From: Octopus vulgaris
Taxonomy: Eukaryota
Length of the DNA stretch: 64,000 nt
Direction: 5' to 3'
NCBI GenBank assembly: GCA_951406725.2
Contig: OX597814.1
Coordinates: forward strand, 118,420,001 to 118,484,000
Numbering within the stretch: position 1 is the stretch's first letter; every line of letters begins with the position of its first letter. Below the pieces are notes generated by a model that worked only from the letters and a program-made list of their open reading frames with translations, searched no databases and was not told the origin of the DNA. Shown in pieces: positions 11,748-26,373 of the stretch. The position numbers were made by a program, and so were the translations under genes.

Positions 11748-13205
11748 AACATATGTGTATGTGAGTATATATATATGTGTGTGTATGCATTTTTAGATAT
11801 ACACACATACACACATATTATTACGTGCGTCTATGTGTGTGTGAATATATTCTTAACATTATTGCAACGCACACATAGTGCTGTAAAATATTTCCTAGCA
11901 TTCCTACATTGATCCTCAGTTTGCTACATATCTACCTAACCCATATTTTGCTTACATAGTTTAAGCAAGTATATATAATTTTTGCAAGCAAAAAATTCCA
12001 AATTAGATGTGTTATACTTGGCTTTTCAGACTAGCAGGAGATGAACACAGCTTCCGTCTTGAAGCAAGCCAATGCTATTCTGGTGTCGTTGTGTCAGCTA
12101 GCATATAAACATCATCTGATCATCCCAGTCATTACAATCTAGTATTTCAATGTTATATACGGTCCCAGTAGACACAGGCGATATTTTCTATACATCATTC
12201 GCTATTCTTTCGTGGTTTTGATAATCATTTACTTCTTTTAAGTACGAGATGTTTCCGCCTACAACCGCTGATTTCTAGGTTTCAACGTTGTTTAGTTTCT
12301 TGACGACACGATGTTTTTATTGGGTTTCTGTATGGGTCGTTTTCATAAATCATTCCCTTTGGTAGTCTGAAATCTTAGAGGGATGGCTCAAACTATACAC
12401 ACCACCACATATATAGTAGAGGATGCAGTAAGGTTCTTTACTGAGACAGCCAATATTTTCAATATTCCTATGAGATGAAACTCAAGCTTCTTATACACCA
12501 TTGTATATATATAAAAAAGGTGTTCCATTGATACGGACACGATGTCTAAAATAAGAATATAAGTGGTACGAAAGTGGACAAGCCAAAGATGCATATGCTG
12601 GTGTACAAATTCAAATCCTGTATAGTTAGTCTCGTAGTTATTGTACCCTAAAATCCAATGAAACATTTTCCAAGCCCCAGTAGCTTTCGCTCTCCAGTGA
12701 CCCACTCCGGAGACATATTTGCTAAGTTAAACACAGGATTTCATAACATTAGTGATAGTCACATGAATATCAGGAAAAGTTTGCTTCTTTTTATTCATAT
12801 TACAAATATATGTTTTAAGTATATTTTTGAAGGTATACCACTGGCCAAAAAATTATTTAGTTTAGCATATTTTCCAATCATTTATGCAAATTCACTATGT
12901 TATACGCGTTTCTCCATATGTCTAAGTATATAGTTGTACTGGACACAACTTAGAGAAATTTATGCTTTGATAAGGCCTGGTGGGAGGCAGAAATACGTAT
13001 CGACACTTCCCTAATTGTCTCCAAAATATCACATTAAGTTTCGATTACAGTCACGTCATTTCTGATTAATTTTGGATTCTAGAGACGACGTCACATTGGT
13101 GTGATCGACCTATTTCCGACGAAACGGTTCTCCTCTGGATACGAAAACACTCACCAAGATAATATCTTGTGTTATATGTATACACACGTACACAGATACA
13201 CACAA

Positions 13206-13591
<386 letters not shown>

Positions 13592-13693
13592 GTCACAAGG
13601 CTGGCCCTTTGCAATACAAGTACAACGGAAACAGGATGACATACTGAGAGAAAATTGTGGTGAAAGAGTACAGAAGGGTTCGCCCCTATATAT

Positions 13694-13737
<44 letters not shown>

Positions 13738-13904
13738 GTATATATATATATATACATATATGTATATATATTTTTTGCCATATACAGCTTACAAATTCTG
13801 TTTGTTTGTGGAGACTTTTTACTAGTAGAGGAAATGGCGATCAATTTTGGCTGCTATTTCTAATATTTTCGGTATGTGGTTTTGAGCAACTTGTTGCATT
13901 TAAC

Positions 13905-13961
<57 letters not shown>

Positions 13962-14526
13962 CACATAAATATATGGATAATTTACCACACATATATAAAC
14001 GCACAAACGCACTCACACTTGCGTACACACAAACACATACATGTGTACAGAAAGAGAGAGAGAGAGAGAGAGAAATAGAGGGCGTAAATATTTCAAAGCT
14101 GAGAGTCATCGCTAGCAACCTCTCAGATCACATAATATTCGCTTGTCTTGAGTGGCTCATTTTCCAATTTATTCTAACAACTGCATCTGTCCCTATGTTT
14201 CGCTTTATCCAACTCTCTTCCATCAATGACTTGCTTGCCACTGCATGTGACAACAAGCTAACACTAGCATTCTATTCAATTTAGCAACTTCTAAATATGC
14301 ATCATTGATTTGCAGTACAAATATTACGCAGCGAACCCATACGGGCATTATGAAAAGTCTACATAAACGTTATGAGCAAATCCTGCGAAATCATTTTCAA
14401 TAAATATAACAATCTTTTTTCTTTCAAGAGTAAAAACCATAAAGTACAATATTTTTCCCATATCAAAAAAAAAAAATCATTGCGCAATACGCATCTGAGT
14501 AATGTCAGGCATTCTATAAATAAATA

Positions 14527-14762
14527 AATGTGCCCTTTTAAAGCCTAGCCAGGCTCATAGGCCCCGTTTTTCAGTTTCAATGGCGTATGTGTTCCCCAGA
14601 TGGACGTGACGCCAGTCCATCGCAGCGTTACTCATTTTTGCCAGCTGAGTGGACTGGATCAACGTGAAATGATGTGTTTTGCTCAAGAACACAACGTGTC
14701 GACCGGTCCAGGAATGGAAACCACAATCTTACAATCATGGTGCTGACACCCTAACCACTAAA
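14527..14762 (-). mobile_element. tRNA-derived SINE with V-domain-like segment
   Basis: Minus strand TGGTTAGGGTGTCAG head and CTGCGATGGACTGGCGTC segment; 3' part is shared with 40243-40350. Confidence 0.75.
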
Positions 14763-16738
14763 CTACTCCACGAGAATTCCCCAAGTTGTGTGGTCTCGCT
14801 ACAATGCTTGTTTTTTCTATACTTTGCATACATAGGCTTACATTCTAGAGTTTCTAGTTCAAATTTCACTTCACCTCTCCCAACAAATAATCGAACTCTG
14901 CAGAATTCATGTGGGATTCATAATGCTATATTGTACTCACATCTTTGGGTACGGCTTTTCCTGTACACATAGCAGACACCACAAATATGTACGATGTGTT
15001 TCATGTCACTGGCACCTTCCAGCTTCTACTCGAAAATCACTGTTTCGTCACCCTGTCTGTTCCACAAATACAATAATGACCTTTTCACCTGATAATTGTC
15101 CGGATTCGTACTGTTCCGCATGGCTCTCTTCCACTCAGCTTTATATTTTGTCCAATGCATTTCGGCCTAACCTCAACGCTACATCCATATTTTATTTCTT
15201 TCCAGATCGTCCACGTACTGAAATTCATTCTTAGTTCCTGCTCTTATTTTCTAGCAAGTGTTACTTGCAAAATATATAAGTAAATCATTGATATGAAATT
15301 CAGTCACGTTGAATGGCCGACAAATATCATGGATATTGCTACCTCCTCCACATCCACGAAACTCGGACATATATCTTACGCATTCATGATTTTGCAAATG
15401 GAATTTTCCCTCAATAGCTATAGCATTTAAATGAACTTTACCGCAGAGGAGAAGAATCGCAAAGCAGTTGACCGAAATATATTGCATCATAATTTATCCC
15501 GTATGTAATATATTGTTGAACAATATTTTGATTCTATCTAAATCTCACCGATTGCCATGGATATATGTGAGGTATAATTTGAACTTTATATATGTTCCAT
15601 ACAATGGGATTCCATTTGTATATTTTTCGTTTAATACGAAGGTGTTCAAAATTAATTTCCACCTGCAATTCAGAATAATGCCATTTACACTATGGTCTAT
15701 TTTGTGTTATTTCTTGTCGATGTTAACGTTATCTGTATGATTTGTCAATTCGGAGAAGGAGCACTCAATCTAGAAAGAAGCACTCAGTCGAAAATAATTA
15801 ACGCTGGTACAATCGTTCCCTTCTGATAATATTTCGTTTCTGCTATATTAGAGACTTGTACGCGATTATTAGAATACGAAGAGAAATGGAAGGTTTAAAA
15901 TATTTTATGTAATCTTAACAATAAATATTAACATATTCGGTGAATCCGGTTTCGCCACTGAGAATATCAATGTGTCACAAACTTATGTGGTTCTACATTA
16001 GATTAGTATTTACACACATAGTGTATGCACAAAACAAAAATCTCTTACTAAATAAAAACAACACAATAAATAGACTCCATATTTAAATAATAATTAGTCT
16101 TTTAGAACGGACACTTACGCTTTCTGACACAAGTTTTGGGTTGATTCAAGAATATAGTAAAATGTTCCAATTCAGGAGCGAATGCTATTTGAGACGAATT
16201 TACACTTTCATGATTACATTGGGAATTACGTACCTTGTTATTGAGACCCATAGCTTCCAATTAACAGAAAGTTATTAAGATTTGTATATGATAGAAAATT
16301 GAATTTACTTTTTGTAGCTTTTAAGAGAGAAATGGCACATATATTTGTCTTTCTAGGAATTCTATCGGGTTTCTGCGCTAAGCGATAGTTTTCAATGCAT
16401 TCCTTATGACTGAGGACAGTTTGGAACACCGAGACATTATCGAAGTAAACATTCGTTGAAAATGCCAAATGATATGTAATTTTGATCTTACATAATTATA
16501 AAGAAAATTATTCTTGGTTCGTAGTGAGATCGAATATTTCAAAAAGATTATATTCAGAAACATACAAATGTGCACATACATACATGCACGCATGCATGCA
16601 TTCATACATAGAAACAAAAACAGCCTGTTGTTGATGTTGAAATTCCAATGAAGGAGATCATACAGATCTAAGTTGGAAAGTGTTTCTTTCTCTATTGACA
16701 AGAAATCTTGAAACAAACTGGATAATGACACACACACA

Positions 16739-16817
<79 letters not shown>

Positions 16818-17049
16818 TAGAAATAGGAGTTAAAAATCCTTTTCTGCTCCTATAAGAATCTCCATGACGAGAAGATATATTTTTACGGAGGCAAAGAGAA
16901 AAACAATGACTCAACACGACCAGGATTAACTACATATGCGTTTGGAGATTAAAATGATTTACATTTTACTTACTTCTCTCTTCAGTATAGTATTTCCAAT
17001 TAAAACATTTAAAAGTGCTAGGGACATCATGTTACATAATTAGCTAAAC

Positions 17050-17638
17050 CCTAATTATATATATATATATATTATATTAAATTAGACATAAAACCACTAT
17101 TAGGCAAATCAAAAACCAATAGATAGAAATAAAATTAATTAATAAAATATATAAAATATAACATTCCAAATTAAAATATTTAAATTAATAATTTAAACTT
17201 ATAAATTTTAAATATATATATATATATAGGCGCAGGAGTGGCTGTGTGGTAAGTAGCTTACTTACCAACCACATGGTTCCGGTCTCAGTCCCACTGCGTG
17301 ACATCTTGGGCAAGTGTCTTCTGCTATAGCCTCGGGCCGACCAATGCCTTGTGAGTGGATTTGGTAGACGGGAACTGAAAGAAGCCTGTCGGATATATGT
17401 ATATATATATATATGTATATGTGTGTATATTTGTGTATCTGTGTTTGCCCCCCTAGCATTGCTTGACAACCGATGCTGGTGTGTTTATGTCCCGTCACTT
17501 AGCGGTTCGGCAAAAGAGACCGATAGAATAAGTACTGGGCTTACAAAGAATAAGTCCCGGGGTCGATTTGCTCGACTAAAGGCGGTGCTCCAGCATGGCC
17601 GCAGTCAAATGACTGAAACAAGTAAAAGAGTAAAAGAG

Positions 17639-17669
<31 letters not shown>

Positions 17670-18070
17670 ATTATTTTATTTATTAATTATTTTTTTAAAT
17701 ATAACTATCAAAAAGTATTAAAAGTTTAATGTGAGATAAAGAGTACATTATCTTATATTACTTTATCTTACATTTTATCTTATATTAAACTTTTAATACT
17801 TTTTGATAGTTATATTAAAAAATAAATAAATAAATAAATAAAATAATAATAAAATATATATGTATATATTTAAAAATTTATAAGTTTAAATTATTGATTT
17901 AAATAATTTTTTATATCTTAACTTTAATTTAAATATCTTAATTTGGAATTTTATATTTTATATTTTTTATATATTTTATTAATTAATTTTATTTCTATGT
18001 ATTGGCGTATGATTTTCATTGTTTGATTTGTCTAACAGTGGTTTTATCTGTAATTTAATATAATATATAT
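17050..18070. repeat. Large AT-rich palindrome interrupted by a SINE
   Basis: 17080-17228 pairs with about 17865-18055 (AAAACCACTATTAGGCAAATCAAA / TTTGATTTGTCTAACAGTGGTTTT); inner arms about 17665-17740 and 17775-17855. Confidence 0.85.
17229..17640 (+). mobile_element. Full-length CORE-type tRNA-derived SINE inserted in (TA)n
   Basis: GGCGCAGGAGTGGCTGTGTGGTAAG head, CTTGGGCAAGTG core, GAGTAAAA tail; (TA)n on both sides. Confidence 0.9.
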
Positions 18071-18145
18071 ATTTATACTATAAAATAAAATTTAGTCCTA
18101 AATCTAATTTTTCCTTGTAAGTTTGGATTTACTCCCTAATATTAT

Positions 18146-18240
<95 letters not shown>

Positions 18241-19409
18241 TTGTAAACGTATATACTTAAGCTGGCCTTCGGGTGGAATTCAGACTCGTCCTACGGAGCT
18301 ACGGAGAAGACTTCGGCCCTATTACCTGGCGGCTTCCCGGCCTTCCACCCATGTGTAATGTACTGGACTCGGACACATTCATTGTATATATATCTCCTGG
18401 GACTAATTATCCGATACCCCATTCCAAACACCCTATCCGACATATATCCACACACCCATACTCGACAAGGCAGAATTTTTAAACCTCATTATATAAAATA
18501 TATGTGAGGGCATTTTGATCGATCATGGCTAACACTGATAACAACAGCAACAGAAGTGCCAAGTGTAAAGAATACCAAGAAATATGTTATCTCGCAACGA
18601 ATATGTAGGCATAATGGTAATTTCACTAACATGAAAATTTATTCCTCCGTTAACCTACAATCACGGACTAAAGGCATAACAGGATGTATTCCGTAACTGA
18701 ACACAAGGATATCAACGAAATTGTTAAACATACAACATTTGTTTCTACTCTACAGGGAGCTCTCCATTGTTATACCTACATTTCTATTCGAAACAATACC
18801 ACGGCTTTGGGGAATTTTTGGCCTCATGTTTTATATAGAAATTGTTCGTACAGGACTACGTGACTGGCATTTTTCTAACCCCAGGAGGAAGTCTCCTCCA
18901 GCTGGTTAATGACACTATCCATGGCCGATATATTGCAAGTGAGGGAGCGAACAGCTACCATATCGCGTTGACAAGACCAGTAGACCTGTCTGGTTTCAAG
19001 TCATTTCTCTTCACCAGTCCTGGACTTCTGTTTGCTAGGCATGGCAGTCGTTCGTCCTAGCTCGTCATTGTTTACGTTCGTCCTTGCATTGTTATTACTT
19101 ACCATCACTTACAGAGACTCTGGGCTTGCTACTTTGCTGATATATATACATATAACATAAAAAGCTAAGGAAAGGAAATCATTGAAAGGGATGTATGAAA
19201 CATTCAAATCACTGGTACGTCGTCAGTTGAATACACAGAAATATGAGTATAATGCACATTGCAAACAAATTAAATGGAGAGATTCAATTGAGAAACCAAT
19301 AATTTATTTATATTATAATATAGCATAATATACAATGAATATAATATAAGATAAGATAACATTAAAATAATCATTAAAATACCGAAATAACCAACAATTT
19401 TTTGATACA

Positions 19410-19515
19410 TATATACATTATTTGATTTATAAACAATACTTATCCACTTATATTAGTCTCTTCAGAGACTTATACAAATGGATATATATTGTTTATAAAT
19501 CCAATAATGTATACA
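19410..19515. repeat. ~105-bp imperfect palindrome
   Basis: TATACATTATTTGATTTATAAACAAT...AGTCTC-TTCA-GAGACT...ATTGTTTATAAATCCAATAATGTATA. Confidence 0.8.
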
Positions 19516-19778
19516 AATCGAATAATGTATACAAGTCGAGCCACATTTTGGGCTATTTTAGTTTTTTATGTTCATTGTATATTATGTTATAACATAAATA
19601 AATTATTGGATTGTCAATTGAATCGCTCTATTTAATTTATTGTTTATGTATATATGTTTATATATATGTGTGTGTGTGTGTATACATACATGTATATACA
19701 CACATGCATATATACATACATGTATATACATAATATATATATATATATATATATATACATACATGCAAACATACATGC

Positions 19779-20400
19779 CTACACCATCATCATTCTCTAT
19801 TCTCATTTCGTCCGACCTCACCTTGAATACTGTTGTCCACAGTGGTTCCCCCATGCGAAGCAAATCATTACGAAAGTAGAAGCACTCCAGAATTCAATAA
19901 CAACAAAGATAGACGACATGAGGGGAATTGACTTTTGGGGTTGACTAAAAAAAAGACTAAATCTCTACTCTATCCAACGCCGTCGGTAACGCTACATCAT
20001 TTGTGTGAAGTGCAAAATATTCCAACAATATTACACAAATGATGTTGGCATCAATTTTAAAATCCATCCAAATCTTGGTCACCGTGTTATTCGCCCACTA
20101 TAAAAATCGATCGCCGTACACATAGCAAAATTATGTCAAAGTTACTTTAACTCAACCGGTCCAGCTCCCTTTAATACCAGAGCAAAATACATAAAATCGG
20201 GAACGGATCCCATAAAATTCAAATGTTAACTAGAAAAATTTCTTCAAAAAATCCCGGACCAACCTCCTACACCCGGATATTTATCCAACAATAATAACGC
20301 TTTGCTTGAGAGGGCCATAGTGACCCATATATGACTAAAAGACTTCACCAGGTGGTGCTATTAAATTAGACATGGCCTGGACCTATCCGGCCGAACCCTA
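19779..20400 (+). mobile_element. CR1/L2-group LINE 3' fragment
   Basis: HFVRPHLEYCCPQWFP...KVEALQ and LNLYSIQRRR*RY match the post-RT motifs LVRPHLEY and LxLxSLxxRR. Confidence 0.85.
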
Positions 20401-20639
20401 TCAAAACTTCCTCTCATATACCGTAGAATAAGCCCAACCTGAAATTTTCTATATACACAAACGGTAGTCACCCCACCTCCGTAATGCTTTAAAACCTTAT
20501 AGCCAACATTAGCAACATTATATATAATATCTCGTCTCCTAAAGAAATTTTGGATAAAGCATCTCCCCAAAACATCAATGCTCGTAATAACTGACTTTAA
20601 ATATAAACCCTTCTAGTAATAATACGAATAACAAAAATA

Positions 20640-21619
20640 GACCCGAAAGTAGATCTAGGGGAATAATTTGGTTTGTCTCTCCTTTTTATTCTAAAAGTTA
20701 AACCGGCGTAAGTAAAAGGTTTTTATTTCTCTTCTATTAACACTTTTCTGGTAATCACAGGTACAGAAGAGTATTCTACAGATACCCAATTACATTATCA
20801 CCTATCTGCTGCCCCAGTATGAAGAACATCATTACACGCCAAAAGCCACCAAAAGCCTACTCCCAGTTGTAACTCCTGTGGCCCAAGAATTTGTTCTTAC
20901 ACCAGGAAATGCATGATTAAATCCGTTATATATGTGGCAGAAGATACAGCGAAGGTACATGAGTTACATCGTGTTATCTGAAGTCGTCTGCAATAAACAA
21001 CTATGCTCACCACACATCTTCCTTCCGTCACGAACAAACATAGAGCCACTAAGTGGGCTAGCCATTGATCACGCCACACCATATACACACGAGGAGAAAA
21101 TAGTTAAAAAGTCCACAGCATACCACAACGTATCATAAAATGTCGCAATGCGTAGCTGAAAACCACAAATCTTTTTAAGATCATGCCCCGTGTTAATGAA
21201 CCGAAAATGCAAGCTATGCATAGCTGACAGACTGCAAATCATTTTTAAGAACCCCACTGTACTGTTAAATCCCAGGTCCGAAATTTTCAACGGATGTAAA
21301 CAAATGAAAAGGTTCCAGTTGGCGAATTGGAATATTCTCATCGAATTGAGTGGGTGTAACGCAGACTCCAGACCCTTCCCCGTTCAGCCTGATCATGGCT
21401 TTATAATCAAAGGTGACTCTTATCCTATCGCTTGTATATACCACACGAGCACATCCTGAGATTGCATGAAGGCACCAGATATGTTATAAGATGCTGTCTG
21501 TTTCTTTTTCATTGCATGAAACTATTAGTAGTCCATACAAAATACACATTGTGCTTAATGAACAGTATTTACCTTTCACTAGATGGAGTACTTTTGTTGA
21601 TCTTCCCTTCACGGAACAG

Positions 21620-21620
<1 letters not shown>
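20640..21620 (+). mobile_element. Penelope-like element 3' fragment (linker + GIY-YIG + terminal region), degenerate
   Basis: GIIWFVSPF, CNSCGPRIC..KCMIKSVIYVA, HTSSFRH and CKLCIADRLQI...LLNPRSEIFNGC; decayed hammerhead-like CTGAGATTGC...GCATGAAACTATTAGTA at about 21456-21530. Confidence 0.75.
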
Positions 21621-21659
<39 letters not shown>

Positions 21660-21944
21660 TACAATCACTCACTCACACACATATACATATATGTTAATGT
21701 ATGTATATGTATATACACATGTTTGTTTGTATGATTCTGCATGTTTGTATGTGTGTGTGTGTGTCTATTTCTGCAGATACTCTGTGATGTATTATCAGTG
21801 ACGATTCTAGTATCTTACCATTTTCAGGTTACGTGACACATACTCACTCTGACTGAGACAGGATAAATCAAGTCACGCAGCGGATCACAGGATCGTCTGT
21901 AATTTGGCATTTCTATTTTAATCAAACTCATCTAGCTTCCTTCA

Positions 21945-22330
21945 ATGGAGCTTCGTCAGGGGGACGTGTCACTCTATCATTGTTTCAAAGCCTATCCAGA
22001 GCATGCAAATTAAAGGCCCCACAAATAAGCGGTGGCCTGCATCAATGGGATCGCAAAATATCAGCAACCTTTGGTGGCTGTGCAGCTCTCCAAGCCCTTT
22101 GAATATGCTGCGGTTTCTCTCAATAGATTCTTTTCCGTGTTCTTCTCATAATACAGTCTGTCCATACATGAGTAGACGTTTGGTGGTACCTGAGAAAATA
22201 GCAATGTCTAGGTGTAATGTTATTGGTGTGTTGGATTTTGGGAACTTAGTGTTAGAGTTATGTTCGATTAAGAGATTACTGTTGCAAATATACTACACGC
22301 AAATATTCGTGTTTCCTTATCGCACCCGAC
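21945..22330. mobile_element. Two short RTE-like LINE relics (RT on +, APE N-terminus on -)
   Basis: ELRQGDV on + at about 21947; LHLDIAIFSGTTKR...GLG on - at about 22085-22220; weak motif matches only. Confidence 0.35.
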
Positions 22331-23899
22331 TCTCCGCTACATTATTTTCTTTTTGTCCGGTTGTTGATAGTCCTAACCACAGTCACTACTTTGCATGTAC
22401 TTTTTTTATGAAGTTCATGTCTTTACGCCCCTCCAACAGAGTTATAAAAGTTTGCTGGTATACTTTACGAATATCAGAATAAATATTTTCCTTTATTCAG
22501 TTGTCTTTAAATTTTTTGTTGTCTCACAGCTGCATTCTCTTCATTTTCCCACAATTTGCTTTATCGGTAAACATATATTGATGGAGTTATCTCCATCTTT
22601 ACTTGATTTTATAATTTAATATCCCAATTTGCCGGAGGAAACTTAGTGAATAAAACATTGCATAATTCCCTATTTTACCTGTGTGAAACCCAGGCTTATG
22701 CGTACTAGCATACATAATGTTACCTTATTGCTAATATTCATAACATATCACAGTTTACTACAATCAACAACGATCTCATTACAAATATCAATTGATGATT
22801 TACACAATGCACTCCGTATATTTACTAAATGCTAGGGAAATATGCTTAATATTAAAGCTATAAGCATAAAGTTAATTGTTCTATTCCTTTCTACAGAACT
22901 ATGAGAGGCCAAATTAACATAATAAATTGAGGCTGCTGTAAACGAAACTAAATCCTGTAGGTATGTGAGATAACATTCAAGTAGTGGAGTATCATGAGAT
23001 ATCTTGGTTATCTCTGCATTATATATGGTGGCAGCGGTTGTTTCAGTAATTGTGTTGAATGGTAATTTCAAAGGATATGCATAAGGCCATTGAATATGCT
23101 ATCACATGCAAAGAAAATGCTCTAGAAACCTTGTGAGTGTACGCATTTATCGTAAAATGCATTTTTCCCTCTACGTTTGTGTTTGCCCACATACGTTCGT
23201 TTAGCAAAAATGTAAGTTATTGTTATTAAAAGGTTCATAATGACCTTCTAAACTACCATTACATTTGCAAGTGAAAACGCAACCACCTTCTCTCTTGTTC
23301 TGAATATAAAAGAACATTTTAACAGCTCTATGTCGCTGTATATAACTTCGAAAGACACGAACTGTTAAGGGAAGATACCGGGGTTAGCAAAATAAAGAAA
23401 CAGAAATGTGACCAATCATTTCTTTCATCAGGATTTTGAGATCTAAACAGAAATTATTAACATAAATTTTACGAAATTATTTTCGACTGACATACAGCTG
23501 GAAATAGGTCAAATGCGCTGTTCCTACATAATAGACGAAGGTGCAAAAACAATTTTCCAAACGCAACTGATTTCTTTATTAGGCATAAAGCCCCAAACAC
23601 AGAGGGGACACTACAAAGAGAGACACAGCATCACAGTGGGGACATAAAAACATATAATGAATGAGGATGAATGTTATATAAAAATGAAGAAATGAAATGG
23701 CTGCATGGGCCCCATTCTCATGCAGTACCATTTGAACGTTTATACACACTATTTGCAATCTTTCTATTTTTCTATTGTTTTTTCTTAATCAGCTTTTTCC
23801 CTCTTTTTTTCCATTGAAACACTTTTACTTTTTCCTTTTTTTTTTTCTTTTACTTTTAACAAAACAATTTTACTTATTTTCAATTTTAATACCTCATAT

Positions 23900-24200
23900 A
23901 AAGCTCTATGTCGCTGAGTTCAACTACTGGTGGCAGTTCATCGAAATCCACCAAAACTTCGGGCGGGTCACTCTTTTTTCCACACGTGTCTACTAGTCTA
24001 TTGTATTTGTCGACCACAATGGCCTTTATATTTTCTGAGTATAGATCCGTGGGTAACTTCACTTATATGTTATGTTTAAATTTGTTTTTTGCATATGTTA
24101 CGCAGTTCCATTTATGTTTTCTTGGTTTTCTCATTTCTACATCGATTTCTGGTGCTATTTTTCCTTTTCTGTCTCTATTCTGCACAATCTCTCTATTTCA
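23900..24200 (-). mobile_element. Possible LINE ORF1 relic
   Basis: Mostly open frame KGKIAPEIDVE...NIKAIVVDKYNRLVDTCGKK; loosely similar to the NVSPEVEVGW segment at about 56140. Confidence 0.3.
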
Positions 24201-24704
24201 AGCTCAAGTCATCTGCTGTTATTATGTTTTTGTTTTGTTGAACGCGGGTTACAATTATCGGGGCATTGGTGATTACATATTATATAAATGTGCTGAAAGC
24301 AAAGTGCATTGTAATAAACTAAATTTATGGTGCCCAGATTTCTGTAGATGAATTTCACCTGAGTGCTTATTTTAAGAAGCAGCGTTTCGCATAATACGGT
24401 CTGTGCCGTGTGGGGACGTGCATGTTAAACAATCGAACCAACATTTCATCTGCGTATCGTAAAAGTCGACCGAAAGATATTGAGGTTAGATTGCACCCTC
24501 ACCTCGTAAAGCCGTCTCTAGCGACGACTACCTAAACAGACGCATAGGCTGGAGTGCTTTTGCCTGAGTGGTACACATATGTCCTCCGACAGGAATGGGG
24601 AATCACCAACAAATGATAGATGCAGCTACGTACTGTTACAGTGCATGTTCCTACTACTACTACTACTACTACTTCTGCTGCTGCTGCTACTGCTACTACC
24701 ACCA

Positions 24705-24830
24705 CTTCACCGACCCGGAAGGAAGAAATGTGACGTCGACCTGTGGCAGAATTTGAGCTCAGAACACAAAGACAGACAAAATGCCTCGATGCATTTTGCC
24801 CCACGTGCTCACAATTCTGCCCGCTCGCCA
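24705..24830 (-). mobile_element. Decayed MetaSINE-like SINE head
   Basis: Reverse complement TGGCGAGCGGGCAGAA...GAGCTCAAATTC...GTCGAC resembles 7040-7160. Confidence 0.65.
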
Positions 24831-25476
24831 TCCTCATACCTAAATATATTATCTTGCATTTTGTGTTTAAATATGGCGTTGAGGAGTCAATTTTGGTTAT
24901 CACTTAGTAATTAGACGCAGGATATATGCATTCTCTGTCGGTAACGTTGATGGGTGCTCCAATTGACCTTATCAACAGAACAGCCTGCTTGTGAAATTAA
25001 CGTGCAATACGTAGGGCTCTCTATAAACAAGCGTAACCTGAAATTTGCTGATGATGAAATCACTGCTGATAAATATAACAAAGAATAGAAGAAACAAGCG
25101 AGAAAGAAAAACAAAAAAAAATAACACCAAGAGTAGATTGTTTCTTCGTTGTTGAACAATGAAAAACATTACATCAACTGAATGGTATCAGGTTGAGGGA
25201 CCCATGCTGACATGCAGTGCATCACAACTGTGTCCGCTAGCACTGTAATTTGCATTTGTCTGTAGCTAGGGAAGTGAATGTATCTCATCCTAGAAAATGT
25301 CAGATGCACAGCAGCCTTAAAGAACGACCTTCCCTCTTTACGTCCGTGAACTTTCTATCATCAGGAAATATTGGAAACCAGATCTGACTACTGAGCTATT
25401 TCACAATGGCTTAATGTCACAGGAAGAAAAAAAAACAATTCTCCAGCCTCTATAATATATTGCTTTTAGATGACTA

Positions 25477-25517
<41 letters not shown>

Positions 25518-25564
25518 CTCTATAAATATATATATATATTTAGATAGATAGATAGATATAGATA

Positions 25565-25623
<59 letters not shown>

Positions 25624-25790
25624 TGCATATATATATGCAAATACCTTTGTATGGGTAAGCAGAGTTAGTGGTTATAATAACCGTCTAAGGGATAAAATAT
25701 CCGTATATAATATCAGTATCAGTTACACTCTGTTCGTAGGGTACATGTAACAACAGAATAAATGAAAGTTTATCAGGAATCAAATTTAAA

Positions 25791-25956
25791 TAATCAGAAA
25801 ATGGAGAAAGTCTGATATCAAGAAATAAATCCGGTGGACCACATCTATAGTTTATTATTTAATTATTTAATGTCATGTTTTGTATTAAAAAATAAGCTAC
25901 AGACGTGGTCCAATTGATTTGTTTATTTATGTGAGATTTTCTCCATCTTCTGATTA
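25791..25956. repeat. Degenerate palindrome
   Basis: TAATCAGAAAATGGAGAAA..TGGACCACATCTATAG pairs with CTACAGACGTGGTCCA..TTTCTCCATCTTCTGATTA. Confidence 0.75.
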
Positions 25957-26009
25957 TATATATACATACACACACACACACAAACACACACACAGGAATA
26001 TATATATAT

Positions 26010-26229
26010 AATCAAAAAAAGCAACAAGGATATCAGGTGTTAATGCAGTTACGATCGTTTCATGCAACTCCATTTAATTGAACAATGTAACCATTACATC
26101 AGTTTAAATGCAGAGTAATCCTGCTCTGCCTTTCAATTGATGTCATGGTTACATTGTTCAATTAAATGGTGCTGCATGAATCGATCGTAACAGCATTACC
26201 TCCTGATATCCTTGTTGCTTATTTTGATT
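26010..26229. repeat. ~220-bp palindrome next to a Penelope-like fragment
   Basis: AGCAACAAGGATATCAG...TTGAACAATGTAACCAT pairs with ATGGTTACATTGTTCAA...CTGATATCCTTGTTGCT. Confidence 0.92.
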
Positions 26230-26336
26230 CTAATAAACATATTTTGAAATTGTATGGATAATACCGTACTAAATTCTGGTGCCACAAGTTAAGTATGAAA
26301 TTCATCAAACTTTTTGCTGAACTTTGATATATACAT

Positions 26337-26373
<37 letters not shown>

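Noticed and set aside
20860-21340. Selenocysteine-encoding Naiad-type Penelope element (also 57490-57870)
   Set aside because: The conserved Cys positions I could read use TGT/TGC, not TGA; no SECIS recognised.
22832-23071. 79-aa ORF resembling the end of a NIT-domain/transmembrane segment
   Set aside because: Only vague hydrophobic similarity, stops immediately upstream, no supporting exons or cyclase domain.
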